DNA of 64,000 nt from Alphaproteobacteria bacterium (GCA_965225945.1 CBDDBZ010000036.1:1-64000), one strand, 5' to 3'; positions 43,619 to 53,875 are shown, numbered from the stretch's first letter. Program-made: numbers and translations. The notes: generated by a model not told the origin, from the sequence alone.

Positions 43619-44407
43619 ATGGAATTCGAGACCCTACGCTTCGAGGTGTCGGGGGGCGTGGCCAAGATCACCCTCAACCGGCCGGATAATTTCAACGCCT
43701 TGAACCTGGAGATGGCGAAGGAATTGTCGGAGGCCTCGATCCTGTGTGGCGCGGAAGCGGAAATTCGCGCCGTGGTGCTGACCGGCGCCGGCCGGGCCTT
43801 CTCGGGCGGCGGCGACATCAATGAGTTCGCCTCGCTCGGTGACGACCTGGGGGCGCATACCAAACGCATGACGCTTTATTTCCACGGCGCCATCTCGCGC
43901 TTCGCCTGGATGGACGCGCCGCTGATCACGGCGGTGAACGGCGCGGCCGGCGGCGGCGGCATGAGCATCGCGATCATGGGCGATCTGGTGATCGCCGCGC
44001 GCTCGGCCAAGTTCACCCTCGCCTATACCCGCATCGGCCTGACGCCGGACGGCAGTTCCAGCTATTTCCTGCCGCGCGTGATCGGCGTCCGCCGCACGAT
44101 GGAACTGGCGCTCACCAACCGCACCTTGAGCGCCGAGGAAGCCCTGGAGTGGGGCCTCGTCAACCGCGTGGTCGACGACGAGGATTGCCTCGACGAGGCC
44201 ATGGCGCTGGCGGGCGAACTGGCGGCCGGGCCGACCCGGGCCTTCGGTGGCGTCAAGAAGCTCCTGGCCGCCACCTTCGGCGACGGCCTGGAAGGTCAGA
44301 TGGAGCGCGAAGCGCGCTTCATCGCCCAGATGACCGGCGGCGCCGACGTGGCGGAGGGCATCGCGGCCTTCCTCGCGAAACGCAAGCCGAACTTCATCGG
44401 CAATTGA
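43619..44407 (+). CDS. Enoyl-CoA hydratase/isomerase (PaaG-like)
   Basis: LNRPDNFNAL, FSGGGD, AVNGAAGGG, GLTPDG. Confidence 0.9.
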   Translation: MEFETLRFEVSGGVAKITLNRPDNFNALNLEMAKELSEASILCGAEAEIRAVVLTGAGRAFSGGGDINEFASLGDDLGAHTKRMTLYFHGAISRFAWMDAPLITAVNGAAGGGGMSIAIMGDLVIAARSAKFTLAYTRIGLTPDGSSSYFLPRVIGVRRTMELALTNRTLSAEEALEWGLVNRVVDDEDCLDEAMALAGELAAGPTRAFGGVKKLLAATFGDGLEGQMEREARFIAQMTGGADVAEGIAAFLAKRKPNFIGN

Positions 44408-44496
44408 CGCCGGCGCCCTTCGTCTTACATGGTCACCACGTCGATGCGTGATATCCTCGGGGTCGACGCCGCGAGGCGGGCCGGGAGGCGAGAATC

Positions 44497-45414
44497 ATGG
44501 CGATTACACTGCCCCCAGGGCTGCCGGCGGCGCGCAATCTCGCCGGGGAGGGGCTCGAGGTCCGCGAGCGAACATCGGGCGCGGCGGGGTCGCGCGAGCT
44601 CTCGATCGCCATGTTGAACCTCATGCCGAAGAAGGAATCGACCGAAACCCAGATCGCCCGCATGCTGGCGAGCGGCCCGGAAGACGTTTCGCTGAGCTTC
44701 TTCGTGCCCGAGGGCCACACGCCGAAGACCGTCGACGCGGGCCATATCGAGAGCTTCTACGAGAGCTGGTCCGAGATCAGTGCCCGCGAGCACGACGGCC
44801 TCATCATCACCGGCGCGCCGATCGAGACCCTGCCGTTCCACGACGTCACCTATTGGGACCGACTTTGCGAGGTTTTCGAATGGGCGGAAGGCCACGTCGG
44901 CGGCTGCTATTACATCTGCTGGGCGGCACAGGCGGCGCTCTATCATTTCCACGGCGTGCCCAAGTACGAGCTCGAGGCCAAGATGTTCGGGGTCTTCGCG
45001 CACGACGTCGACGCGCCCGACAGCACCTTGGTCCAGGGCATGGGGCGGCATTTCGAGCTTCCGGTCTCTCGCCACACCGAGACTCGGCGCGAGGATCTGC
45101 CGACCAGCGGCGCGGTCCGGGTGGTGGCGCAATCCTCGCAATCGGGCCTCTGCCTGTTGGAGGAGCCAGCGCGCGGCATCGTCTACAACTTCAACCACCC
45201 GGAATACGATGCCTTGACGCTGCGGGACGAATACCTCCGCGACGTCAAGGCCGGCGCCGAGATTCAGGTGCCGAGGAACTATTTCCCCGGCGGCGACCCG
45301 AGCCGCGAGCCGACGGCGCGATGGCGCGACAAGGGCCGGTTCATCTATCGCAACTGGCTCACCCGCCTGGCCGCGGCGCGGGCCGCGAGGAGCGAGGCCC
45401 GCCGGGTCGGCTGA
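44497..45414 (+). CDS. metA: MetA-family homoserine O-acyltransferase (probably acetyltransferase)
   Basis: LNLMPKK, GLIITGAPIE, ICWAAQA, SRHTE, HPEYD. Confidence 0.92.
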   Translation: MAITLPPGLPAARNLAGEGLEVRERTSGAAGSRELSIAMLNLMPKKESTETQIARMLASGPEDVSLSFFVPEGHTPKTVDAGHIESFYESWSEISAREHDGLIITGAPIETLPFHDVTYWDRLCEVFEWAEGHVGGCYYICWAAQAALYHFHGVPKYELEAKMFGVFAHDVDAPDSTLVQGMGRHFELPVSRHTETRREDLPTSGAVRVVAQSSQSGLCLLEEPARGIVYNFNHPEYDALTLRDEYLRDVKAGAEIQVPRNYFPGGDPSREPTARWRDKGRFIYRNWLTRLAAARAARSEARRVG

Positions 45415-45471
45415 AGATCCCTCGTTGGCGTCGAGCGTGAAAAATCCCTCGTTCGCGCTATCGGCGTCGGG

Positions 45472-45804
45472 TCAGCCGCTGGGATCGCCGGCGTCGGTGC
45501 CGTGGAGGCCGCCGACCAAGCAGGCGCCCTGCGTCACCTCGATCGAGCGGTAGGTGATTTCGGCGCTGACCACCGCCTTTTCGCCCAAAATCACCGCGAT
45601 GGCGCCGATCTCGCCCTCGACCGTGCCATTGACGTGGACCGTATCCGCCAGGATCGTGCCCTTCACGTGGCCGCCTTCGAGAACGGTCACGCGCTTGGCG
45701 CCGATCCGCCCCTCGACGCGCCCGTCGACCTCGATGTCGCCGTCGCACTTCAGCTCACCTTCGATCGAGAGTCCGTTAGCGATTCTGGACGCCATGACCA
45801 CCAC
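45472..45804 (-). CDS. Bactofilin (polymer-forming cytoskeletal protein)
   Basis: IEGELKCDGDIEVDGRVEG..VKGTI..VNGTVEGEI beta-helix pattern. Confidence 0.85.
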   Translation of the reverse strand: MVVMASRIANGLSIEGELKCDGDIEVDGRVEGRIGAKRVTVLEGGHVKGTILADTVHVNGTVEGEIGAIAVILGEKAVVSAEITYRSIEVTQGACLVGGLHGTDAGDPSG

Positions 45805-45933
45805 CTTGTTTTCCTATCGCCGACCCAGGGTCGGGGCCCGCGCCCACCTCGCAGAGCGATCGGGGCATGGTTTCCACGCGGCCCGGGGGCCGGGCGACGC
45901 CGCTGCCGCCCGCGCGGGCCATCCCGCCGCCGC

Positions 45934-47043
45934 CTAGAACGTGACGACGCTGCGGATGCTCTTGCCTTCATGCATCAGATCGAAGGCGTTGTTGATCTCC
46001 TCGAGCGGCATCACATGGGTGATCAGATCGTCGATGTTGATCTTGCCCTCCATGTACCAGTCGACGATCCTGGGCACGTCGGTCCGGCCCTTGGCGCCAC
46101 CGAAGGCGGTGCCGCGCCAGACCCGACCGGTGACGAGCTGGAAGGGCCGGGTCTTGATCTCCTGTCCCGCGCCCGCGACGCCGATGATGATGCTCTCGCC
46201 CCAGCCCTTGTGCGCGCATTCGAGCGCGGTGCGCATGACGTCGACGTTGCCGATGCACTCGAAGCTGTAGTCGGCGCCGCCCTTGGTGAGATTGACCAGA
46301 TAGTCGACCAGATCGCCCTCGACCTCGCTCGGATTCACGAAGTGGGTCATGCCGAACTTCTCGGCGAGCTCCCGCTTCGAGGCGTTGAGGTCGACGCCGA
46401 CGATCATGTCCGCGCCCACCAAACGCAAGCCCTGGACCACGTTGAGGCCGATGCCGCCCAGCCCGAAGACGACGCAGTTGGCGCCCGCCTCCACCTTGGC
46501 CGTGTTCATCACCGCGCCGAGCCCGGTGGTGACGCCGCAGCCGATGTAGCAGACCTTGTCGAAGGGCGCGTCCTCGCGAATTTTCGCGACCGCGATCTCC
46601 GCCATCACGGTGACGTTCGAGAAGGTCGAGGTTCCCATGTAGTGATAGAGCGTCTCGCCGCCGATGGAGAAGCGGCTGGAGCCGTCCGGCATCAGGCCCT
46701 GGCCTTGGGTCAGGCGAATCGCCTGGCACAGGTTGGTCTTGCCCGAGAGGCAGTATTCGCAACTCCGACACTCGGGCGTGTAAAGCGGAATGACATGGTC
46801 GCCGGGCTTCACGCTGGTGACGCCCTGGCCGACCTCGACGACGACGCCCGCGCCCTCGTGGCCGAGGATGGCCGGGAACAGGCCCTCGGGGTCGGCCCCG
46901 GAGAGGGTGAATTCATCGGTGTGGCAGATGCCGGTCGCCTTGATCTCCACCATGACCTCGCCGGCCTTGGGACCCTCGACCTGGACGGTCTCGATTGTGA
47001 GCGGCTTGCCGGCTTCCGTGGCGACGGCGGCTTTGGCGTCCAT
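45934..47043 (-). CDS. frmA: S-(hydroxymethyl)glutathione dehydrogenase / class III ADH
   Basis: [34 protein letters not shown]; 369 aa. Confidence 0.95.
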   Translation of the reverse strand: MDAKAAVATEAGKPLTIETVQVEGPKAGEVMVEIKATGICHTDEFTLSGADPEGLFPAILGHEGAGVVVEVGQGVTSVKPGDHVIPLYTPECRSCEYCLSGKTNLCQAIRLTQGQGLMPDGSSRFSIGGETLYHYMGTSTFSNVTVMAEIAVAKIREDAPFDKVCYIGCGVTTGLGAVMNTAKVEAGANCVVFGLGGIGLNVVQGLRLVGADMIVGVDLNASKRELAEKFGMTHFVNPSEVEGDLVDYLVNLTKGGADYSFECIGNVDVMRTALECAHKGWGESIIIGVAGAGQEIKTRPFQLVTGRVWRGTAFGGAKGRTDVPRIVDWYMEGKINIDDLITHVMPLEEINNAFDLMHEGKSIRSVVTF

Positions 47044-47329
47044 GATGTCCCCCCCTTGGTTCGGCGATCGATTGCGCTTCGGTCCGTCGGGCCAGCTTCG
47101 CGGCTGGCGTTTGCGCTGCGGTCCGGCGGAGTATAGCGGAGGGCGGGGGCGGTCGGACAAGCGGATTCTCGGCCCTCTCGAAGCGTCGAGACGCCGGCTC
47201 GAGCGCCGCAGGAATTCGTTGAAGCGGTTCGGCCGTGCCGCTATGCTGCGCGGCCATAAGGGGCACTCGTGATTCCGGGCTACCTCGGGGCGGGGCTCCG
47301 GCAGGTTCTCACAGGGAAGGAACGTTACG

Positions 47330-48397
47330 ATGCGAAAAACAATTCTGATCATGAGCGCCGTCGCGCTCGCCGCCTTCGTCTTCGCAGGAGGTAGCGTCTT
47401 CACGGACGGCGGCGTGGTCGCGACCGCCAAGGCGCAGATGGTCGATGGACCGAAGGTCACTTGGCGCCTCTCGCTCTGGGGCAAGCGCCGGGCTTTCACG
47501 GAAGGTTTGGAGTTCTTGTCGGCCGAGGTCGTGAAGCGGACCGCCGGCAAGTTCCAGGTAAAGCTCTACTATGGCGAGCAGCTCTCCAAGAGTAAGGAGA
47601 ATCTGGACGGCATTTCCGTCGGGGCCTTCGAGGCGGCACTCATCTGCCCCTCCTACTCCCCCGACAAGGCTCGGCCGCTGAACGTGCTCGACTTGCCGTT
47701 CCTGCCGCTCGGCAATCTCGACATCATGCTGAAGGCGAACAACGCGGTGTTCGCTCACCCGGCCGCCAAGGCGGCCCTGGCCAAGTGGAACGCGATGCTC
47801 TACGTGCCGAACATCCTGCCGCAGTACGAGTACATGGGCCGCGGCAAGCCGCCGGCCTCGGTCGCCGACTTCAAGGGCATGCGTCTGCGCGCGCTCGGCG
47901 GCATGGGCCGCGCGGCCAAGGCGATCGGGGCGGTGCCGACGTCGATGACCGCCTCCGAAGTGTACACGGCATTGCAGCGCGGTACGGTGGACGCCATCGG
48001 CTTCCCCTTTACCTACACCTTCGCGGCATACAAGTTGGACGAGGTCGCCGACTGGTATACCACCAACATGTCGCTCGGCACGGTGGGTTGCCCGATCGTC
48101 TTCAACCAAGCCGCGTGGAAGAAGCTGCCGGATCAATACAAAGCGTTGTTGAACGACCTCAAATTGGACTTCTCCGCGGCACAAAAGAAGGCCTACGCGG
48201 CCAAGGACATAATCAACCTGAAGAAATGGGCCGACAATCCCAAGCTGGTGGCGGTGAAGATCGCCGACGATGAAATGGCGGAGTTCCGTCGCATCGGTGG
48301 CAAGCCGATCTGGGATGAATGGGTCAAGGAGAACGAGAAGGAGTTTCCGGCACGAGAGCTGTTGGACCTCGTCTTGAACGCCGCCAAAGGCTCCTAG
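47330..48397 (+). CDS. TRAP transporter substrate-binding protein (DctP)
   Basis: Signal peptide; [25 protein letters not shown]. Confidence 0.9.
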   Translation: MRKTILIMSAVALAAFVFAGGSVFTDGGVVATAKAQMVDGPKVTWRLSLWGKRRAFTEGLEFLSAEVVKRTAGKFQVKLYYGEQLSKSKENLDGISVGAFEAALICPSYSPDKARPLNVLDLPFLPLGNLDIMLKANNAVFAHPAAKAALAKWNAMLYVPNILPQYEYMGRGKPPASVADFKGMRLRALGGMGRAAKAIGAVPTSMTASEVYTALQRGTVDAIGFPFTYTFAAYKLDEVADWYTTNMSLGTVGCPIVFNQAAWKKLPDQYKALLNDLKLDFSAAQKKAYAAKDIINLKKWADNPKLVAVKIADDEMAEFRRIGGKPIWDEWVKENEKEFPARELLDLVLNAAKGS

Positions 48398-48490
48398 TCA
48401 TGTAGTCATGCGTGGGCAACGGGGCCGTCGGTGGTTTCGCCGGCGGCCCTTGGCGCATTAATCTCACTTCGTTGCTTTAGGTGATCCAAC

Positions 48491-49150
48491 ATGTCGCTCG
48501 ACGACCGGACCGAATATTCTCCAGGCGAGCAATGGCTCCTCCGTGCGGACCAGGGGGCCTTCCAGGTCGAAAAGCTGTTCAACCTGACTGCGGGGATGGT
48601 GATCATGGCGCTGATGCTGCTTGCCGTCGCGCAGGTGGTGGGCCGCAAGTTCTTCAACTATCCGGTCATGGGCTACGTCGATTGGGTTGAAAGCGCCATG
48701 GCGGTGTTCGCCTTCCTCGGCATCGCCTACTGCCAGCGGCTGGGCGGACATGTTCGAATGGAACTGGTGATCGGAAGGTTTTTCGGCCGCACGCGCTGGG
48801 TGCTGGAGACGCTGAGTACGCTGATCGCGATCTTCATCATCACGGTCCTGAGTTGGTACGCCTACGAGCACTTCCTGCGGGCCTGGCTGATCGGTGATTC
48901 CTCCATGGATATCGAGCTACCGATCTGGCCCGGCAAGATAATCGTCGTCATTGCGTTCGTCTCTCTGATCGGCCGACTGGTGATCCAACTCGTCGGATTT
49001 TTGCGTCTCGTCGTCTACCCCGACGCCGTGCCGATCGCGATCCCGATGATCGCGACCGTCGACGAGGTGGCCCAGCACGAGATCGACGTCGGCCTCGCCG
49101 GCGAGGAGGAGAAAGTCGTGATCGTGCCTGGAAGGGCGGAGCAGGCCTGA
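48491..49150 (+). CDS. TRAP transporter small permease (DctQ)
   Basis: Four TM segments, GHVRMEL motif. Confidence 0.88.
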   Translation: MSLDDRTEYSPGEQWLLRADQGAFQVEKLFNLTAGMVIMALMLLAVAQVVGRKFFNYPVMGYVDWVESAMAVFAFLGIAYCQRLGGHVRMELVIGRFFGRTRWVLETLSTLIAIFIITVLSWYAYEHFLRAWLIGDSSMDIELPIWPGKIIVVIAFVSLIGRLVIQLVGFLRLVVYPDAVPIAIPMIATVDEVAQHEIDVGLAGEEEKVVIVPGRAEQA

Positions 49151-50451
49151 TGGATGAATTCGCCATCGGCCTGATCGGCACGGGCGCCCTGCTCGTGATG
49201 GTGCTCGCGGGCGTTCGCGTCTACATCGTCGCCGCCTTGGTCGGCATGTTGGGTGTCGTGGCGATCATCGGGTGGCATTCGGGCGCCGCCATCAGCGGCA
49301 CCGTGCCGCACTCGAAGTCCGTCAACTATGCGCTCTCCGTCTTGCCGATGTTCATCCTGATCGGCTTCATCGCCTATCATGCCGGTCTGACGCACGCGCT
49401 CTTCCGGGCGGCGCGGGCGTGGTTCGGCTGGGTGCCGGGGGGCCTGGCGGTGGCCAGCATCTTCGCCACCGCGGGCTTCGCCGCGGTTTCCGGCGCCAGC
49501 ACCGCGACGGCGGCCGTGTTCAGCCGCGTCGCCATCCCGCACATGCTGGAACACGGCTACGACCGCAAGCTGGCGGCGGGCGTGGTGGCGGCGGGCGGCA
49601 CCTTGGCCTCGCTGATCCCGCCGAGCGCGATCCTGGTGCTCTATGCCATCATCGTCGAGGAATCGGTGGGCAAGCTCATTATGGCCGGCTTCGTTCCCGG
49701 CATCATCTCGGCGATCATTTACGCCATGCTGATCATCGGCCGCTGCATGATAAACCCGGAGCTCGGCAAGCCGCTCCCCCCGGCGCCGATGTCGGAACGG
49801 CTGGCCAGCTTGCCGGGGACCCTGCCGATCGTCCTGGTCGTCGCCATCATCTTCTATTCGATGTATTCCGGCTTCGCGACGCCGACCGAGGCCGGCGCGC
49901 TCGGCGCCTTCGTCGTCCTCGTCATCGCGCTCTTCCGCGGCATGAAATGGAACAACCTCAAGGACGCGCTGGAAGAGACGGCGAAGCTCACGGTGATGAT
50001 CTTCGCCCTGATCTGGGGCATCTTGATCTTCGTCCGCTTCCTCGGCTATGCCGGCCTGCCGCAGGCCTTTTCCCTGTGGATCACCGAGCTGCCGCTGCCA
50101 CCCATCATCATCATGATCGGCATTCTGTTGGCCTATGGCGTGCTCGGCATGTTCATGGATGCGCTGGGCATGCTGCTGTTGACGCTGCCGGTGGTCCATC
50201 CCGCCGTCATCGCGCTGGGCTACGATCCGATCTGGTTCGGCATCATCGTCGTCAAGATGTGCGAGGTCTGCCTGATCACGCCGCCCGTCGGCCTGAACTG
50301 TTACGTGGTCCACTCGGTCAGACCGGATATACCGCTCGGCGACGTTTTCAGGGGCATAGCCCCCTTCTTCGTCGCCGACTCGGTCACCATCGCGCTGTTC
50401 CTGGCGTTCCCCGGGATCATTTTGTGGCTGCCGAACCTGATGGACATTTAG
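49150..50451 (+). CDS. TRAP transporter large permease (DctM)
   Basis: LPMFIL, GTLASLIPPS, TPTEAG, ITPPVGLN. Confidence 0.93.
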   Translation: MDEFAIGLIGTGALLVMVLAGVRVYIVAALVGMLGVVAIIGWHSGAAISGTVPHSKSVNYALSVLPMFILIGFIAYHAGLTHALFRAARAWFGWVPGGLAVASIFATAGFAAVSGASTATAAVFSRVAIPHMLEHGYDRKLAAGVVAAGGTLASLIPPSAILVLYAIIVEESVGKLIMAGFVPGIISAIIYAMLIIGRCMINPELGKPLPPAPMSERLASLPGTLPIVLVVAIIFYSMYSGFATPTEAGALGAFVVLVIALFRGMKWNNLKDALEETAKLTVMIFALIWGILIFVRFLGYAGLPQAFSLWITELPLPPIIIMIGILLAYGVLGMFMDALGMLLLTLPVVHPAVIALGYDPIWFGIIVVKMCEVCLITPPVGLNCYVVHSVRPDIPLGDVFRGIAPFFVADSVTIALFLAFPGIILWLPNLMDI

Positions 50452-50572
50452 CCTGAGGGCCGCCTCGGCGGGTGGCTCCGAGTTATTTTGGGCCACCGCT
50501 CAGGGGGCTTCAATTGCGGCTCTCGACGGTGTAATCCCCTCGTGACAGCCACGTCGGACGCGAGGCGCCCGC

Positions 50573-51961
50573 ATGTCGACGGCCCCGCCACCTGAGATCG
50601 ACGCAAGCGAGGTGGACGCGTCCACGCCGCCGGAGCTGAGCACCGTCGCCCAGCGAATTGCGCGTGACCCGGAGGTGCTGAAGGCGCTGCTCGCAACCAG
50701 CAGCCTCGAAGAGCTGGTCGACGCCATGACCGCGCTCGCCGGCGCCGAGGCCCGCGAGGTGATCGGGCGCCATGTCGAGCGGGTCTACGCGGTCGAGGTG
50801 CCCTATTCCTTCGCCAAGCCGAAGATCGATCTCGCCCTCGCAGACATCCGGGGGCTCGCCAAATGGCGGATCCTCGGCCTCTGGCTCGCTGCCGCACTGG
50901 CCGGCCTGCTCGACACGCCACCGCTGGGCGGCTGGGCCGGCGTCCTTCGCCGCCCGTTCCTTCGCCCCGAACCCGGCGCCGCCGACAGCGGGGCCACGGT
51001 GCTGGGCAAGGCGGAGCTCGCGGCGATGCGTGGCCTGCTCGAGGCGCTGGGCGAGGAGACCTGGCGCCTGCACGTCGACTGGGAGGACCAGGACTTCGGG
51101 CCCGAGGTCTACGACCAGGGCCTCCACGGCGGGTGGGGGGAGCCGGGCTACCTGGAGAACGCGCTCGCCATGCAGCGCGCGACGGCGGAGACCTTGGGGC
51201 GGCCCCTCGACGGCGCCGGCTACGAGCGGCTGCAGAACACGGCACTCGGCTATCGCGGCGCCTGGGCGGTCGAATACGACTTCTCGCCGCGCCACTTGAC
51301 GCGCCACTGGTCGCGCGCGGACGGTGAGGTCTTGGCTGAGATTTCGCCCCGCCACTACCGCCGAATTCGGCATCGGGCTTGGGAGGTCGCGGCCTTCGAC
51401 TATCTCTATGGCGACGACATGGACGGCTTCATCGCCGACAATCCCGTAATCGCCGAGATCCTGATGGCCAAGCACGGGCCGAAACCGCCGATCGGCGCGA
51501 AGTTGCTGGACGAGGAATTCCTGCGCATGGAGGTCTCGCTGGTCGAGGGGCCTCGGCGCCCGGAGACCGTGCGCGCCATGATCGACGCTCGCCTCGCGGC
51601 CTTCGGCGCGGCCATGGCCGGCATCGATCCGGGGGACGCGGATGCCCGGCTGCTGGAGATCGCCCGGCTGCACCGCTGGTTCGAATACCTGCACCCCTTC
51701 CGCGACGGCAACACCCGGCTCAGCCTCATGGTCTTGAACAAGCTTTTGGTTGAGCATGGTTTCGTTCCCGTCGTGCTGGCGCAGCGCAACGACGCGCCGT
51801 TCAACGGCGACCGGGAATGGCGTCGCTACATCGTCGAGGGGATGGAACGCTGGCGGGCGATCCGATGGCTCGCGGACATGGCTTTGCTGGATCACGTCAT
51901 CGCCATGCGGCCGGCCGCCGACGTCGAGCGCCGGCTCGCCGCCCGGCGCGGGCGCAAGTAG
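50573..51961 (+). CDS. Fic/Fido domain protein with non-canonical motif
   Basis: 462 aa; EYLHPFRDGNTRLSL followed by LNKLLVEHGFVP. Confidence 0.8.
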   Translation: MSTAPPPEIDASEVDASTPPELSTVAQRIARDPEVLKALLATSSLEELVDAMTALAGAEAREVIGRHVERVYAVEVPYSFAKPKIDLALADIRGLAKWRILGLWLAAALAGLLDTPPLGGWAGVLRRPFLRPEPGAADSGATVLGKAELAAMRGLLEALGEETWRLHVDWEDQDFGPEVYDQGLHGGWGEPGYLENALAMQRATAETLGRPLDGAGYERLQNTALGYRGAWAVEYDFSPRHLTRHWSRADGEVLAEISPRHYRRIRHRAWEVAAFDYLYGDDMDGFIADNPVIAEILMAKHGPKPPIGAKLLDEEFLRMEVSLVEGPRRPETVRAMIDARLAAFGAAMAGIDPGDADARLLEIARLHRWFEYLHPFRDGNTRLSLMVLNKLLVEHGFVPVVLAQRNDAPFNGDREWRRYIVEGMERWRAIRWLADMALLDHVIAMRPAADVERRLAARRGRK

Positions 51962-51965
51962 CGCC

Positions 51966-52937
51966 GTGGCCGATCCCGCCGCGCGCCGAGAGCCCCGAGA
52001 GCTCCGAGAGCCATTTCTTCGCGGCGAGGACGTCCGGGAATCGCTGGAGCTGCTGCGCGGCATCGCGCTCGCCTGGCTGCTGCCCGAGGCGTGGTGGGAG
52101 CCGGTGCTGCGGGCCTATGCCGCCTCGGTGGTTCGCCGCTACGCCACGCGCCACCAGGACCGCATTCGCCGCCTGGTGAAGATCTACGGGAACCGAATTC
52201 CACCCGCGGTTCACGACGCCACGGTCTTCGCGCTGACCTACCATCACAATCTCGCGCACTTCCAGCGCTTCCGCGAGGCGGCGCCGCACGGCTGGCATCC
52301 TGGAATCGAGGTCCTGGGGGCTGAGCATATCGAGCGCGCGCGCGAGGGCGGGCGCGGCGTCGTGCTCTGGGTTTCGCGCTTCGTCCATTCCCCGGTGGTG
52401 ACGAAGAAGGGCATGCGCCGTGCCGGCCTGGAGGTACATCACCTGAGCCGCCCGTCGCACGGCTTCGTCGGCAGTTGGTATGCGAGCCACGTCTTGAGCC
52501 CGATCTGGCTCAGGGGCGAGGCGCGCCACCTGGCGGGCCGAATCGTCTACCGGCCGGGCCAGACCATGGCGATGAGCCGTGCGCTGCGTCGCCGCCTGGC
52601 GGAAAATCGCATCGTCTCGATCACCCAGGGGCAGGCTGCGATGGGGACGGTCCGGGCGGCGCTGTTCGAGGCGGAGATCACGCTGGCCACCGGCCCGATC
52701 AACCTCGCCTATTCGGCTGGTGCGCCCCTGCTGCCGGTGTTCACCCTCAGGCGGCCCTCCGGCCGCTTCGAGGTGGTGATCGAGCCGCCCTTGGAGCTGC
52801 CGGCCGACGGCGCGCGCGAGGCCCGCTTCGCCGCCGTGGCGCGCGCCTTCACGCGGCGCCTGGAGCCGCACGCCTTGGCCCATCCCGAGCAGTATCAGTT
52901 CTGGCGCGAAGAGATCGATCACGCCGAGGAAGATTGA
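51966..52937 (+). CDS. LpxL/HtrB-like lysophospholipid acyltransferase family protein
   Basis: GAEHIERAREGGRGVVL, LAENRIVSI, LATGPINLA..GAPLLPVF, HPEQY; GTG start 4 nt after the Fic stop (start inferred). Confidence 0.7.
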   Translation: MADPAARREPRELREPFLRGEDVRESLELLRGIALAWLLPEAWWEPVLRAYAASVVRRYATRHQDRIRRLVKIYGNRIPPAVHDATVFALTYHHNLAHFQRFREAAPHGWHPGIEVLGAEHIERAREGGRGVVLWVSRFVHSPVVTKKGMRRAGLEVHHLSRPSHGFVGSWYASHVLSPIWLRGEARHLAGRIVYRPGQTMAMSRALRRRLAENRIVSITQGQAAMGTVRAALFEAEITLATGPINLAYSAGAPLLPVFTLRRPSGRFEVVIEPPLELPADGAREARFAAVARAFTRRLEPHALAHPEQYQFWREEIDHAEED

Positions 52938-52966
52938 ATGACGGCGAGTTGGGACGCCGAACCATC

Positions 52967-53707
52967 ATGACCGGATTCGCCCCGAGGGTGGCATGGCCCA
53001 GCGACTTCCCGGAAGTTCAGACGCATACGACCGTGAAGGTCCGCGACGCCCACCCGGCCTATGCCGCCGCCAAGAGCGGTGATCGAGAGGCCGCGGTCGA
53101 GCTCGTCGAGGACCTGCTCGACGACGGGGCAATCGAGCAGCTTCATCGACGACTGGGCGATCGCAAGCCCGTCATCGTCCCAGTCCGCGCGCTGGAATTA
53201 CAGGGGCGCAACGTGATCCCCGATCTCATGGCCGAGATACTGGCGTCACGGCTGGGGCTGGAGGTCGACCAACAAGTCGTCCAGGCCAATATTGTCGTAC
53301 CCACTCGGGCGAGCGGCTTCGAGCGATTGGCACGGCCCGCTTGGTTTTTTGGTGACATCAGGTCTGGGTGGAGGTATCTAGTCGTCGACGACCATGTCGG
53401 CCTTGGTGGGACGCTCGCTAATATCCGAGGCCATATTGAGAGCAATGGCGGCAAGGTCGTGCTGGCAACCACGGTGACGCAGTCGAGGGACAGCCACCGA
53501 CTGGCCCTTTCGCCGGAGACGCTGCGGAAGTTGCGGGAAAAGCATGGGCACGACCTCGAAACCTTCTGGCGGGAGCGATTTGGCCATGGACTCGACCAAC
53601 TCAGCGAGCCCGAAGCCGGCTACCTCCTTCGCACCCAGAATGTTGACCGCATTCGAGCTCAAATCGATGCAAGCGGAGGCCAGGGAGATCCATCGGGAGT
53701 TCCCTGA
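52967..53707 (+). CDS. Type I phosphoribosyltransferase (mobile-element type)
   Basis: PRPP-binding loop YLVVDDHVGLGGTL; N-terminal HPAYAAAKSGD; lower GC than flanking genes. Confidence 0.8.
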   Translation: MTGFAPRVAWPSDFPEVQTHTTVKVRDAHPAYAAAKSGDREAAVELVEDLLDDGAIEQLHRRLGDRKPVIVPVRALELQGRNVIPDLMAEILASRLGLEVDQQVVQANIVVPTRASGFERLARPAWFFGDIRSGWRYLVVDDHVGLGGTLANIRGHIESNGGKVVLATTVTQSRDSHRLALSPETLRKLREKHGHDLETFWRERFGHGLDQLSEPEAGYLLRTQNVDRIRAQIDASGGQGDPSGVP

Positions 53708-53750
53708 ACTTTACAAGAAGGTGCTGGCCAAGAGAGCCGCGAAGCGTTAG
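53640..53750 (+). CDS. Putative 36-aa small protein overlapping the PRTase 3' end
   Basis: MLTAFELKSMQAEAREIHREFPELYKKVLAKRAAKR; charged, helical-looking, overlaps PRTase by 68 nt. Confidence 0.4.
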   Translation: MLTAFELKSMQAEAREIHREFPELYKKVLAKRAAKR

Positions 53751-53875
53751 GCCGTCCCAAACGCTCTCTCCGTCGGCAACCCCCAAATGCGCTCCTCGGC
53801 GCGACCGACCGACACGCCCGGCCGCGGCGCAAGGACACCGCCGAGGCAATCGTCGATCCGGCGGCGCGAATGGCA

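Noticed and set aside
44408-44496. Possible SAM riboswitch upstream of metA
   Set aside because: No recognisable SAM-II/SAM-alpha consensus in the 89-nt spacer
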